In this document: positions 53,501-62,539 of the stretch, one piece after another
How the letters are laid out: every line of letters begins with the position of its first letter
Position numbering within the stretch: the stretch's first letter is position 1
From: Vicinamibacterales bacterium
GTDB taxonomy: Bacteria > Acidobacteriota > Vicinamibacteria > Vicinamibacterales > UBA8438
Reading direction: 5' to 3'
Length of the DNA stretch: 64,000 bases
Assembly (NCBI GenBank): GCA_965249105.1
Contig: OZ252219.1
Coordinates: 192,190-256,189 of the forward strand
Program-made: the position numbers and the translations under genes
The notes under the pieces: model-generated
What the model was told of the DNA's origin: nothing
What the model saw: the letters and a program-made list of their open reading frames with translations, nothing else
Database searches by the model: none

Positions 53501-54294
53501 GGGCATTGTCAGGTTAACTCTCCGCCCGGCACAATGCCGGGATGAACACTCGCCGGCCCCGCTACCATCGGCATCGCTTTCCGCCTGAAATCATCAGCCA
53601 TGCCGTCTGGCTCTACCACAGATACTGCATGAGCTTGCGGGATGTTGAGGATTCGCTGGCCGAACGAGGAATCATCGTGTCCTACGAAACCGTTCGCCAG
53701 TGGTGCGGGAAGTTCGGCCCCGACGACGCTCGGCAGTTGAAGCGACGACAGGGTCGACTCGGAGATACGTGGTTCCTGGACGAAGTCTTCGTGACGATCA
53801 ACGGTCAGCGCCAGTATCTCTGGCGCGCGGTGGATCAAGACGGTGACCTGATCGACATCCTCGTACAACCCTGTCGGGACGGGCGTGCAGCGCGGAGATT
53901 CTTTCGCCGACTGTTGAAGAGTCAGCGACAGGAACCCGTGCGGCTCGTGACTGACAAGCTGGGCAGCTACCGTGTCGCACATCGGGACCTCATGCCGCTG
54001 GTCACCCATGACACGAGGCGCTACGCGAACAATCGCGCCGAAGTCTCGCATCAACCCACGCGACAACGCGAACGTCAGATGCAAGGCTTCACGTCATCCG
54101 ACCACGCGCAGCGGTTCTTGCACGTGCACGGTGTCATTCAGAATCTATTTCGCGTGGGTCGACACCTCCTCAGGGCGGCTCATCATCGGATGTTGCGAGC
54201 ACGGTCGTTCACCGTGTGGGCCCAGGTGACGGCAGCCTGATCCTGGGATCAACTCGCCTCATTCTGGCCCGGACTCGTTAAGTTGATAGTGCCC
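53501..54294 (+). mobile_element. IS6-family insertion sequence (~0.8 kb)
   Basis: Inverted repeats GGGCATTGTCAGGTTAAC (53501-53518) and GTTAAGTTGATAGTGCCC (54277-54294), 14/18 complementary. It ends 36 bp from tRNA-Lys. Confidence 0.8.
53542..54240 (+). CDS. IS6-family transposase
   Basis: 232 aa. ..YHRHRFPPEIISHAVWLYHRY.., ..DTWFLDEVFVTINGQRQYLWRAVDQDGDLIDILV.., ..NNRAEVSHQPTRQRERQMQGF... Confidence 0.9.
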   Translation: MNTRRPRYHRHRFPPEIISHAVWLYHRYCMSLRDVEDSLAERGIIVSYETVRQWCGKFGPDDARQLKRRQGRLGDTWFLDEVFVTINGQRQYLWRAVDQDGDLIDILVQPCRDGRAARRFFRRLLKSQRQEPVRLVTDKLGSYRVAHRDLMPLVTHDTRRYANNRAEVSHQPTRQRERQMQGFTSSDHAQRFLHVHGVIQNLFRVGRHLLRAAHHRMLRARSFTVWAQVTAA

Positions 54295-54330
54295 CCCAAA
54301 CCTTGAATCGCCGGTTTCCTTAGGAAAAAG

Positions 54331-54406
54331 TGGTGAGCCGCCGGGGACTCGAACCCCAAACCCGCAGATTAAGAGTCTGCTGCTCTGCCAGTTGAGCTAG
54401 CGGCCC
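54331..54406 (-). tRNA. tRNA-Lys (anticodon CTT), intact, CCA encoded
   Basis: GGGCCGCTAGCTCAACTGGCAGAGCAGCAGACTCTTAATCTGCGGGTTTGGGGTTCGAGTCCCCGGCGGCTCACCA. All four arms pair, and the anticodon loop is CTCTTAA. Confidence 0.9.
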
Positions 54407-54427
54407 ACATATGGTGTGCTGACGAGA

Positions 54428-54476
54428 TGGTGCCCAACAGAAATCGAACCTGTGGCCTTCGACCTCGGAGGCCGGG
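54428..54476 (-). other. Degenerate tRNA-Arg(CCG)-like 3' half (pseudo-tRNA / old att remnant)
   Basis: CCGGCCTCCGAGGTCGAAGGCCACAGGTTCGATTTCTGTTGGGCACCA shares a 17-nt exact core (GAAGGCCACAGGTTCGA) and overall similarity with the 3' half of the tRNA-Arg at 56029-56105. There is no 5' half. Confidence 0.55.
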
Positions 54477-54690
54477 CAAACACGGAGCGTATCATAGCCG
54501 ACGTCGGCCAAACGGGCTCGGCTTTTTCATCCGCTGACTGTGACTGGCCAGAGCTTTGGGTTGTCCAGGATCCGTCCGCTCATATAATCAACCCGCGCTC
54601 TGACGTGGGTCGGGATGCGCGGGGGCTCGAGTGTAATCTCCTGCCCCAGACCGTCGTCGGTTCGTAGAAGAAACACGAAGGGGATGTGAG

Positions 54691-55167
54691 ATGAGCGGAA
54701 GTAATCGATATGTCGTGGTTGTCGGGGCTGGCCTGTGCTTCGGTCTGATGGTAAACGCAGCGGGCGCACAGAGCATGATCGGACCCTCGCTGGCCGACGC
54801 AAAGAAGGCGTTGGCCGCGACCGAAGCGGTGGCGAACGAGTTGGGCGTCGGTCTCAGCTGCGCGATTGTCGACTCCCGAGGCACGCTGGTAGCGCTGACG
54901 CGCATGGACAACGCTGGCTACATCACCGCCGACGTTGCCGTGGGCAAGGCGCGGGCGTCCGCGGCCTTCGGCGCACCGTCGGGCGGGTTGACGAGAATCG
55001 GCGAGCTGGGACTGGGCAGGGTTATCGAAGGAGGAGAGATGTTGTTCCTTCAGGGAGCCGTCCCGATCATGAAGGATGGCCAGTCGTTGGGCGCGCTTGG
55101 CTGCAGCGGTGCAACGGGGCAGCAGGATGAGGATGCGGCCACGGCTGGTGTGAAGGCGATGCAATAG
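54691..55167 (+). CDS. GlcG/HbpS-like (DUF336) haem-binding protein
   Basis: 158 aa. Signal peptide, then ..AIVDSRGTLVALTRMDNAGYITADVAVGKARASAAFG.. and ..GAVPIMKDGQSLGALGCSGATGQQDE... Confidence 0.8.
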   Translation: MSGSNRYVVVVGAGLCFGLMVNAAGAQSMIGPSLADAKKALAATEAVANELGVGLSCAIVDSRGTLVALTRMDNAGYITADVAVGKARASAAFGAPSGGLTRIGELGLGRVIEGGEMLFLQGAVPIMKDGQSLGALGCSGATGQQDEDAATAGVKAMQ

Positions 55168-55265
55168 AAAGCGCGCCGGCGCGGTGACGGGGAGCAGCGC
55201 CGCAGGGCACCCCGAGCTGTGGCGGATGCTGAGCTCGGAGTGCCGCCACGCCGATCGTCTAGTCG

Positions 55266-55814
55266 TCAGTCAAGCAGCTCGAGTTCGGCTTTGGCCTCGC
55301 CGACCGTCTGCAGCTCGTTGGTGACCGTCTGCGTGCCGAATTGCCAGGCGAGCGAGCCTGCCAATGCCTTGTCCACTTCATTGTTCACAACCCCCTTCAG
55401 CGTCACGTCGCCTCGGTCCACCACGATGTGCACCGGCGGGTAGCGTCGGGAGTAGTGCTGGAGCCCGGAGTTTCCATAGATGGCACGCGCGACCCGGTAA
55501 CGCACCTGGCTATCGGACCGCAACACCGGCAGCACATCGATCGCATCGTCAACTCTCGTCACGCCGTCGACCTGCGCGACGCGCTTCACAATGTCCTTCT
55601 TCTTGAACGAACGTGTGACGCTGCCGCTCAGGAGCACCACGCCATCGTCGTCGATGGCTGCCTCCACGTCGTCGAAGATCGTGAAGTAGGTGTACCGGTG
55701 CACCTGGGCTTGGATGTCCTTGAAGAGTTGCAGTTTGTCGTCACCCGCGTCGGCGAACGCGGATGCCGAACTCACCAACACAACGGCGGCTACGGCTGCT
55801 ACACGGAACAACAT
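55266..55814 (-). CDS. BON-domain protein (two BON repeats)
   Basis: ATG 55814 (MLFRVAAVAAVVLVSSASAFA). ..IDDDGVVLLSGSVTRSFKKKDIVKRVAQVDGV.. and ..VDRGDVTLKGVVNNEVDKALA... Confidence 0.75.
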   Translation of the reverse strand: MLFRVAAVAAVVLVSSASAFADAGDDKLQLFKDIQAQVHRYTYFTIFDDVEAAIDDDGVVLLSGSVTRSFKKKDIVKRVAQVDGVTRVDDAIDVLPVLRSDSQVRYRVARAIYGNSGLQHYSRRYPPVHIVVDRGDVTLKGVVNNEVDKALAGSLAWQFGTQTVTNELQTVGEAKAELELLD

Positions 55815-56028
55815 GGTCGTACCCCCTGACCGGTTGGGCTCGGCGCCTATCGCCGGGCGCTCACACCGCACATCAGGGTAGACAGCAAGGCGCGTACCAG
55901 ATGCAAGTCGCAACGTTTTCACTGATGTCTACGGGAGTCGGCGACGGGATCCACGCCACGGGCTAGCGATCTGTCCCACGGCGGGGACGATGCGCGGAGG
56001 ACACACCCGCGGCCTGGCAGAAGGGAGA

Positions 56029-56105
56029 TGGCGCGCCCGACAGGATTCGAACCTGTGGCCTTCCGCTCCGGAGGCGGACGCTCTATCCAGCTGAGCTACG
56101 GGCGC
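56029..56105 (-). tRNA. tRNA-Arg (anticodon CCG)
   Basis: GCGCCCGTAGCTCAGCTGGATAGAGCGTCCGCCTCCGGAGCGGAAGGCCACAGGTTCGAATCCTGTCGGGCGCGCCA. Anticodon stem TCCGC/GCGGA, loop CTCCGGA. Confidence 0.9.
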
Positions 56106-56142
56106 AGTGTCAAGGTGGTGTGCTGATACCGGACGAGTTAAG

Positions 56143-56219
56143 TGGCGCGCCCGGAGGGACTCGAACCCCCGACCTACGGGTTCGAAGCCCGGCGCTCTAT
56201 CCAACTGAGCTACAGGCGC
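56143..56219 (-). tRNA. tRNA-Arg (anticodon TCG)
   Basis: GCGCCTGTAGCTCAGTTGGATAGAGCGCCGGGCTTCGAACCCGTAGGTCGGGGGTTCGAGTCCCTCCGGGCGCGCCA. Loop CTTCGAA. One mismatch at the top of the anticodon stem. Confidence 0.85.
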
Positions 56220-56279
56220 GCAATATCGATCGATCTAGCCTCGAACCGACCGATCTTATCATGTCGGCTGGCATCGGCT

Positions 56280-58442
56280 TTACGGCCGTGACCGACCCAG
56301 AATCGCCTCGAGGTCCGCCGGCTCGGTGGTGCGCAAAGCGGACCAGAGGTCGCCGACGCGGTCGAGCCTGGAGAAGACCGAGCGGATCGTGAAGTCCTGC
56401 GGCGCGAGGCCGCTGTTGACGCCATCGTGGACCTCCGTCCACATGAGCGGGGTTGAGACGCCCGCGAACTCGCTGGCTCGGGCACTGTAGGCGCAGGCCA
56501 GCGTCTTGCCGTAGATGTTCTGTAGATAGTCGATGTAGATCGTGCCCGATCGGCGCCGTTTCACCATCCGCTCGACGGTCGCGACCTCGGGGTGCGCCGT
56601 CGCGACAACCGTTGCGAGAATCTGACAGAAGATCATGCCCGCCTCGTAGGGCGTACCCGGCGGGAGGGGGATGAAGATATGTACGCCCCCCGACCCTGAG
56701 GTCTTCGGGAAGCTCGGTGTCCCGAGCTTCTCCAGCTCGTCGTGAAGCCAGCAGGCCACGTCCAGAGTCTGGCGGAATGTCGCCCCGGGCATCGGGTCAA
56801 GGTCGAGGGCCACCTGGTCGGCATCGCTGATATCGGGCAGCCTCGAGAACCACGGGTCCTGCGAAATCACCGCGAGCTGCGCCATATAGAGGAGCGCCTG
56901 GGGTCGTCCACCGATCAGGTAGGGGACTCCCGAATCGGCTTTCTCCGGGCTTTCTCGAATCTCCGTGACCCGCAGTCCATCGGGGAGCGGGTCGGGTGCT
57001 CGGTGCTGGTAGAACGATTTACCGTCAACGCCGTTCGGGAAGCGCTTCATCACGAGAGGGCGGTCCTCGACGACGGGGAGGATGTAGGGCGCCATCCGAA
57101 GATAGAAGCGGAGCAACTCGCCCTTGGTGATGCCCGGGTCGGGCCAGAAGACCTTGTGCAGATTGCCGACAGGTACTCGGCTCCCGTCGGAGAGCACGAG
57201 AGTGCCGCGTCGTTTGGTCTGTTCCAGTTGCTCCAGCAACTCGAGTAGCTCGGAGGCCTCCGCGAGCTCGGAGGCCTTCGCTAGCGAGGCGGTCTTCGCC
57301 TCAGGATGTTCAGGAACGGGCGCCGTCTTTCGTGGCGCCCTCGCCCTCCGCGCGACCGACACGGGTCCTGGGGCAGAGGCCTTGTTGGGTCGTCGGTCTG
57401 GTAGGCGTATGTCCGACGTATTCTTGTCATCACGCAATCCGAGATAGACCGGATTGCGCAGCAGTCCATCCATCGTCCACTCCGTGAACTTGGTTTGCGC
57501 CACCAGCGTGGGCGTGACCCAGTGGTCGCCTTTTCCCACTCTTGGAAACTCCACGAACGGTGACTCAGGGGTGATGAGCGGAGCGAGCTGGGCGGCCACG
57601 CGGTCGAGCTCGGCATCGGTGAATCCGGACCCGACTTGCCCCGCGAATACCAGACCGTCGGCGGCACGTGCTCCTTCAGGGACATACCCCAGCAGCAGTG
57701 CGCCAAAGTGGCGTCTCGACTGCCGGGGCTCCGTCCACCCACCGACGACGAATTCCTCGGTGGTGATGAACTTCAGCTTCCGCCAACCGGCGTGTCGTCG
57801 TCCGGAGAAGTAGCGGCCGTTGGGGTCCTTGGCGACGATGCCCTCCCACCCTGAACGCTCGGCCTTCGCCCGCATCTTCTCGCCCCCACCGACCGTGCTC
57901 TCGATCAGCCGAAGCACCGATGAGCCAGGGCGACGAAGCAGAGTTGCGAGCCTCGCCCGTCGTTCCGCGAAGGGGAGAGCGCGGACGTCGTCCGCGCCGT
58001 CCCGCAAGAGGTCGAAGGCGATGAACGCCACCGATACCGCACGTGATGACCGATGGCGGCTGAGCCCTCGAACGTGAAGGCGGCCTTGTAGGTGTTGGAA
58101 TCCGAGGGGGTGCCCCTTGTCGTCGGTTGCGACGATTTCCCCATCGAGCAAGACGGGGCGCTTGAGTCGCAGTGCGAGTCGCGCCAGGGGCTCGACCAAC
58201 TCGGGGAATTGGTCAGACTTGTCGTTGCCAAGGCGCGAGTAGATCGAGACGTGGATCTCGGGGGCAACCTGGAGGTCGACCAAGGCACGAATGCCGTCGT
58301 ATTTCGGTTCGAAGACCAGGTCGTCCTTTCCCACGATGCGGTCGTGGGTCGCTGCCTCGGTGAGCTCCGCCAGCATCGGCCTGGTCTCTCGAGGGTCTTC
58401 GCGCCACCGGGCGGGTGTGCGCTGTGGTCTCGGACGGGCCAT
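56280..58442 (-). CDS. ligD: NHEJ DNA ligase D, ligase domain followed by primase-polymerase domain (no phosphoesterase domain seen)
   Basis: 720 aa. ..[14 protein letters not shown].. (KxDG adenylation motif) in the N-terminal half. The C-terminal ~290 aa (..[48 protein letters not shown]..) is a LigD Pol domain. Confidence 0.88.
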   Translation of the reverse strand: MARPRPQRTPARWREDPRETRPMLAELTEAATHDRIVGKDDLVFEPKYDGIRALVDLQVAPEIHVSIYSRLGNDKSDQFPELVEPLARLALRLKRPVLLDGEIVATDDKGHPLGFQHLQGRLHVRGLSRHRSSRAVSVAFIAFDLLRDGADDVRALPFAERRARLATLLRRPGSSVLRLIESTVGGGEKMRAKAERSGWEGIVAKDPNGRYFSGRRHAGWRKLKFITTEEFVVGGWTEPRQSRRHFGALLLGYVPEGARAADGLVFAGQVGSGFTDAELDRVAAQLAPLITPESPFVEFPRVGKGDHWVTPTLVAQTKFTEWTMDGLLRNPVYLGLRDDKNTSDIRLPDRRPNKASAPGPVSVARRARAPRKTAPVPEHPEAKTASLAKASELAEASELLELLEQLEQTKRRGTLVLSDGSRVPVGNLHKVFWPDPGITKGELLRFYLRMAPYILPVVEDRPLVMKRFPNGVDGKSFYQHRAPDPLPDGLRVTEIRESPEKADSGVPYLIGGRPQALLYMAQLAVISQDPWFSRLPDISDADQVALDLDPMPGATFRQTLDVACWLHDELEKLGTPSFPKTSGSGGVHIFIPLPPGTPYEAGMIFCQILATVVATAHPEVATVERMVKRRRSGTIYIDYLQNIYGKTLACAYSARASEFAGVSTPLMWTEVHDGVNSGLAPQDFTIRSVFSRLDRVGDLWSALRTTEPADLEAILGRSRP

Positions 58443-58580
58443 GGGGAGCCACCAGAATATCAGCGACCTGTCGCCCCCTGACTCCGACTCCTGCTGCCGT
58501 CTTCTCCGCCTCCCCGAGGCAGAGTGCAGATCCGTGCAGGTCTGGTACCAGGGTGAGCTCGGGCCGATACACTGTTCATC

Positions 58581-59432
58581 ATGCCTGCACGTCCAACCTG
58601 GAGAGGGTTTCTCAAGATAAGTTTGGTCACGGTTCCGGTGCGGGTATTTCCCGCTACCGATTCAGCCTCGTCGGTCCGCTTCAACCAGTTGCACGCCACC
58701 TGTCAAACTCGGATTCAGCAGAAGAAGTGGTGTCCCGAGTGCGAATGCCAGGTAGACAAGACCGAGATCGTGAAGGGCTACGAATTCGAGAAGGGTCGCT
58801 ACGTCGTGATGGACGATGAGGACATCGCAAAGGCCCGCCCCGAATCGACCCGTGTCATCAACCTGATGCGGTTTGCGGACGTCGAGACGATCGACCCGAT
58901 CTACGTGGAGAAGCCCTATTACCTCGCACCTGACGGAAAGGTTGCGGGGGAGGCGTTCGGTGTCCTGCGTGAGGCTCTCCGTGGCAAGGCCGGTATCGGC
59001 AAGATGGCCATTCTGGGTCGAGAGTATGTGGTTGCCGTTCAGCCCCGTGAACGCGGCCTGATGATGTTCACCCTGCGCCAGGCGAGCGAGGTGCGTCAGA
59101 TGTCGCAGATCGAAGAGCTCGACCAGGTACCAGAGACGGTCAACGCCGACGAGATCAAGCTGGCCCAACAGGTGATCGGCAACTTCGCCGGTGAGCTGGA
59201 TCTCTCCGAGTTCAAGGACGAGTATCAGGCCGAGCTGCGACGCATCATCGATGCGAAGGTCGCCGGGGAAGAGGTCGTCGAGCCCAAGGACGAGCAGCCG
59301 GCCAAGGTCGTCGACTTGATGGAGGCTCTCAGAAAGAGTCTCGATGCGGTGAGCGAGTCGAAAAAGAAACCGGCAAAAGCCAAGAAGGAGCGCGCGGCGC
59401 GCGCCCCATCACGCAAGAGAAAGCGTGCCTAG
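58581..59432 (+). CDS. ku: Ku protein (NHEJ)
   Basis: 283 aa. MPARPTWRGFLKISLVTVPVRVFPAT.., ..YEFEKGRYVVMDDEDI.., and a Lys-rich C-terminal tail. It is divergent from ligD across a 138-bp spacer. Confidence 0.9.
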   Translation: MPARPTWRGFLKISLVTVPVRVFPATDSASSVRFNQLHATCQTRIQQKKWCPECECQVDKTEIVKGYEFEKGRYVVMDDEDIAKARPESTRVINLMRFADVETIDPIYVEKPYYLAPDGKVAGEAFGVLREALRGKAGIGKMAILGREYVVAVQPRERGLMMFTLRQASEVRQMSQIEELDQVPETVNADEIKLAQQVIGNFAGELDLSEFKDEYQAELRRIIDAKVAGEEVVEPKDEQPAKVVDLMEALRKSLDAVSESKKKPAKAKKERAARAPSRKRKRA

Positions 59433-59446
59433 TGGAGGACCCTCCA
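59431..59446. terminator. Short GC hairpin between convergent genes
   Basis: GTGGAGG-AC-CCTCCAC overlaps the ku stop. No U-tract follows, so its function as a terminator is uncertain. Confidence 0.25.
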
Positions 59447-59460
59447 CGAGGATTGGGCCA

Positions 59461-60909
59461 CTAGGGAACACTCAGATCGAACCCCGCCATCTCGCGGGCA
59501 TTCCTGACGAGTAGACGACCATCGGCGAGCGCCGGTACGTTCCACGTCTTGCCCTCGATGGCCCCTGACCGCGCGACCTCCTCGTGTCCGTCGGGCGTGG
59601 CCCGAACCAACGCCAGCTCACCCCGTTCGGTCAGGACGATCAGGTGGTCGCCGGCCAGCAGCAGCTGACCGTATCCGTATCGGCCACCCTTCCACTTGAG
59701 TTCACCGGTCGCAGCATCCATACACGCGAGAATCGACTCGTCGAGCCCGTAGATATAGCCGCCGTGGAGTACCGAGCTGCTGAACTTGTTCTTCATCCGG
59801 TTGTTGCTCCACACCGTCTCAGGGTGGAACGGTGGCTGGGCCCCCGTCAGCTCGATCACGGCAGCCCCGCGTCCGTACGACGCCGACAGAAATAGCCGGT
59901 CGGGTCCAACGAGGAGCGGCTGCGCGATGTTCGGAACCATCGAAATCTTCCAGGGATACTCCCAGAGCAGCGTGCCCCCGAGGTCGAGGCCGACTGCGCG
60001 CGTTGCGGTCACTGTGACGATCTGTCGCTGACCGGCCAGGGTGATGAGCATCGGCGATGTGTACGACTGCACGTCGTCCAGGACGTGCCAGACCACCTCG
60101 CCCGACTCACGGTCATACGCGACAATTGACCACCCGGCCGACCCTCCCGGTTGAACCACCACAAGGCCGTCGACGATCAGCGGGGCGCCTGACATCGCCC
60201 AGCTGAGGTTCGTGGCCTGGCTGTCCCGGAGGATGTCTCTTTCCCAGACCACCTCGCCCGTGTCGGCTTCGAGACACCACAGGCGGCCTGCCGCACCGAG
60301 GGCGTAGAGACGACCGTCGTACCAGGTAGGGGTTGCTCTGGGGCCCGGTCCGCCCATCAACTCGTCGAAGTGCGCATCCCAGCTGTGGGTCCACAGCTCG
60401 CGGCCGGTCGCCGCGTCGTAGGCCACCACGACTTCCTGGTCCCGTCGTTGTTCGATCGTGAACGCGCGGTTGTGCGCGACGACGAACGACGCGTAGCCCT
60501 CGCCGATCGGTTGCTTCCAGATCGGGGTCAGACCCTCCTCGGGCCAGTCCAGGTTGAGGCGCCCCTGCCGGTAGTACCCGTCACGGGCAGGGCCGCGGAA
60601 GTCAGTCCAATACACCGCGGCCTCGGCGTCCGTCGTGGTTGGGGCGCGGGCGGGCAGATGCCGGGAGTAGTGCTGCGTTCGATTGCGCTCGAGGTCGGCA
60701 AAGTGAGAGTCCGCATCGCCGGATGTGAAGATGGGTCGTATCCCGCTGCCCGCAAACTCGATCTGGACGCCCAGCGTTGCGGCGGTCAGCCTGACGGCTT
60801 GCTTGCCCCCGACGGCGACGACTAGCCCGCCAAAGGTGAGAGCGGCCACTGCGACGATACCGCCGAGTATCAGCAACGCTGACCGGAGTGAGGATCGTCG
60901 TGACGCCAC
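59461..60909 (-). CDS. PQQ-like / BamB-like beta-propeller repeat protein with N-terminal TM anchor
   Basis: 482 aa. ..LLILGGIVAVAALTFGGLVVAV.., ..WTDFRGPARDGYY.., and repeated ..G(E/R)..W.. blades. It is a paralogue of 44434-45825. Confidence 0.75.
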   Translation of the reverse strand: MASRRSSLRSALLILGGIVAVAALTFGGLVVAVGGKQAVRLTAATLGVQIEFAGSGIRPIFTSGDADSHFADLERNRTQHYSRHLPARAPTTTDAEAAVYWTDFRGPARDGYYRQGRLNLDWPEEGLTPIWKQPIGEGYASFVVAHNRAFTIEQRRDQEVVVAYDAATGRELWTHSWDAHFDELMGGPGPRATPTWYDGRLYALGAAGRLWCLEADTGEVVWERDILRDSQATNLSWAMSGAPLIVDGLVVVQPGGSAGWSIVAYDRESGEVVWHVLDDVQSYTSPMLITLAGQRQIVTVTATRAVGLDLGGTLLWEYPWKISMVPNIAQPLLVGPDRLFLSASYGRGAAVIELTGAQPPFHPETVWSNNRMKNKFSSSVLHGGYIYGLDESILACMDAATGELKWKGGRYGYGQLLLAGDHLIVLTERGELALVRATPDGHEEVARSGAIEGKTWNVPALADGRLLVRNAREMAGFDLSVP

Positions 60910-60910
60910 G

Positions 60911-61360
60911 CTACGAGGATACTGCAGTTACCTTCTTGGACAGGCAATCGAAGAAGCGGTCCATCATCGTCTTGCCCACCGTGCCGACGAGCCGCTGCCC
61001 GACCCTGGCGATCACGCCACCAATCTGTCCGCGACCGTCGACGCTCACGACGGTCTGGCCGTCGGTGCCGTCAGTCAGTTCGACCCGCGCCTCGCCGCGG
61101 ACGAAACCCGGGCGTCCTTTCGCGTCGACGACCAGTCGGTAGCTCTCCGGCTCCGCCTTGTCGGCGAGTGTTACCCGAGCGTTGTATCGACCGGTGATCG
61201 ACGCGATGCCGACCATGAGGACAGCTGTGTAGCTGTCCTCACCGCTCGGCTCGAGCGACTCGCAGCCTGGGAGACAATCGGCGACCACGGTGGGGTCGAT
61301 GAGGAGATCCCAGACCACTTGTCGCGGAGCCTTGAAGGTGTACGTCGAGGAGAGGTTCAT
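60911..61360 (-). CDS. coxG: CoxG-like SRPBCC protein
   Basis: 149 aa. MNLSSTYTFKAPRQVVWDLLIDPTVVADCLPGCESLEPSGEDSYTAVLMVGIASITGRY.. matches the CoxG family pattern. Confidence 0.8.
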   Translation of the reverse strand: MNLSSTYTFKAPRQVVWDLLIDPTVVADCLPGCESLEPSGEDSYTAVLMVGIASITGRYNARVTLADKAEPESYRLVVDAKGRPGFVRGEARVELTDGTDGQTVVSVDGRGQIGGVIARVGQRLVGTVGKTMMDRFFDCLSKKVTAVSS

Positions 61361-61366
61361 AGGGGA

Positions 61367-62539
61367 TTATCTCCGTGCCGACCCTTTCCTGGTCGGTAGC
61401 GTACTCAAATGGCGGCCAAGTTCTTCGAGACTGTTGAGATTGTGGACCGGCAGGAAGTCGTCGATCGAAGGTAGAGCGGCCTGCATGCCACGGGTCTGCG
61501 GCACGTAATCGGGTGAGCCGAGGAGCGGGTTGAGCCATATGAGTCGATGCGCCGTCCGCTGGAGCCGGGCCATTTCGGCCCCGAGCCGTTCGGGTTCTCC
61601 ACGGTCCCACCCGTCCGAGATCACAAGCACGACGGCTCCGTGACCGAGCACGCGTCGGGCCCATCGTGTGTTGAATGCGCGCAGAGCGTCTCCGATCCGC
61701 GTGCCGCCCGCAAAGTCGGGGACCTGCCGCGGGAGCCGCGGGACGACCTGAGAGATGGCGTGCTGCCGCCGCCGCCGACCGAGGTGTCGGGTGACTCGGG
61801 TCAGGCGTGTGGCGAAGACGAACACCTCGACCTGGTCGAGACGCCCACTCATGCAATACAAGAAGTGCAGCAGCATCCGCGCGTAGCGTTCCATCGACCC
61901 GCTGACGTCGCACAGGAGAACCAGCGGGCGGCGGCGTTGCTTGCGCTCGCGGCGGGGGAGGTCGATAAGCTCTCCGCGATGCGTGGCGGCCCGTCGCACC
62001 AGGCGTCTGAGATCGATGGTCGGGCCACGCCCAGCCCGCCAGCGTCGCGTCCGGCGCATGCCGACGTCCCAACGGAAGTCGGCCATCATGCGCTGGGCCT
62101 GGCTGAGCTCGCTTTCGTTGAGCTCGGCAAAGTCCTTCTGTCTGACCGTTTCGCGATCGCTGTAGCTCAAGGGGGCGACCTGGTCGATTCTGAGGGGCGC
62201 GGCACCCGACGGCTCTGTCCGATCGGAATCTGCCCGGGCCGGCGATTCGAACTGCGGATCGCCAGTGCGTCGCTGCTCGCCCATGGCGCGAAGGTCCGTC
62301 GTCGTCCAGTTACCTGGCGGCGGACGCCAGAACACGCGGAAGGCGTCGTCGAACAAGGGGAAATCCTGGGGACGATGCACGAGCAGACATCGCAGCGCGT
62401 GATAGAACTCGCGCCTATTTCCGATGTCGACGTGCTGGATGGCGTGGGCGACGTCGAGGGTGCGAACGGCCTGCACGTCGATGCCGGCCGCACCCAGCAG
62501 ACGGGAGAAATGAAGGAGGTTCGGCAGGAGGGCGCTCAT
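61367..62539 (-). CDS. VWA-domain protein, CoxE-like
   Basis: I prefer ATG 62539 (MSALLPNLLHFSRLLGAAGIDV..), which overlaps the MoxR stop (ATGA). MIDAS motif LLCDVSGSM. The 498-aa track ORF is an upstream over-extension. Confidence 0.8.
   Translation of the reverse strand: MSALLPNLLHFSRLLGAAGIDVQAVRTLDVAHAIQHVDIGNRREFYHALRCLLVHRPQDFPLFDDAFRVFWRPPPGNWTTTDLRAMGEQRRTGDPQFESPARADSDRTEPSGAAPLRIDQVAPLSYSDRETVRQKDFAELNESELSQAQRMMADFRWDVGMRRTRRWRAGRGPTIDLRRLVRRAATHRGELIDLPRRERKQRRRPLVLLCDVSGSMERYARMLLHFLYCMSGRLDQVEVFVFATRLTRVTRHLGRRRRQHAISQVVPRLPRQVPDFAGGTRIGDALRAFNTRWARRVLGHGAVVLVISDGWDRGEPERLGAEMARLQRTAHRLIWLNPLLGSPDYVPQTRGMQAALPSIDDFLPVHNLNSLEELGRHLSTLPTRKGSARR

Noticed and set aside
40844-54294. 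IS26-style pseudo-compound transposon formed by the two directly oriented IS6-type copies
   Set aside because: The two copies differ at many positions in both the terminal repeats and the first ~250 nt of the transposase gene. One copy is a deletion derivative. I saw no matching 8-bp target duplications at the outer ends.
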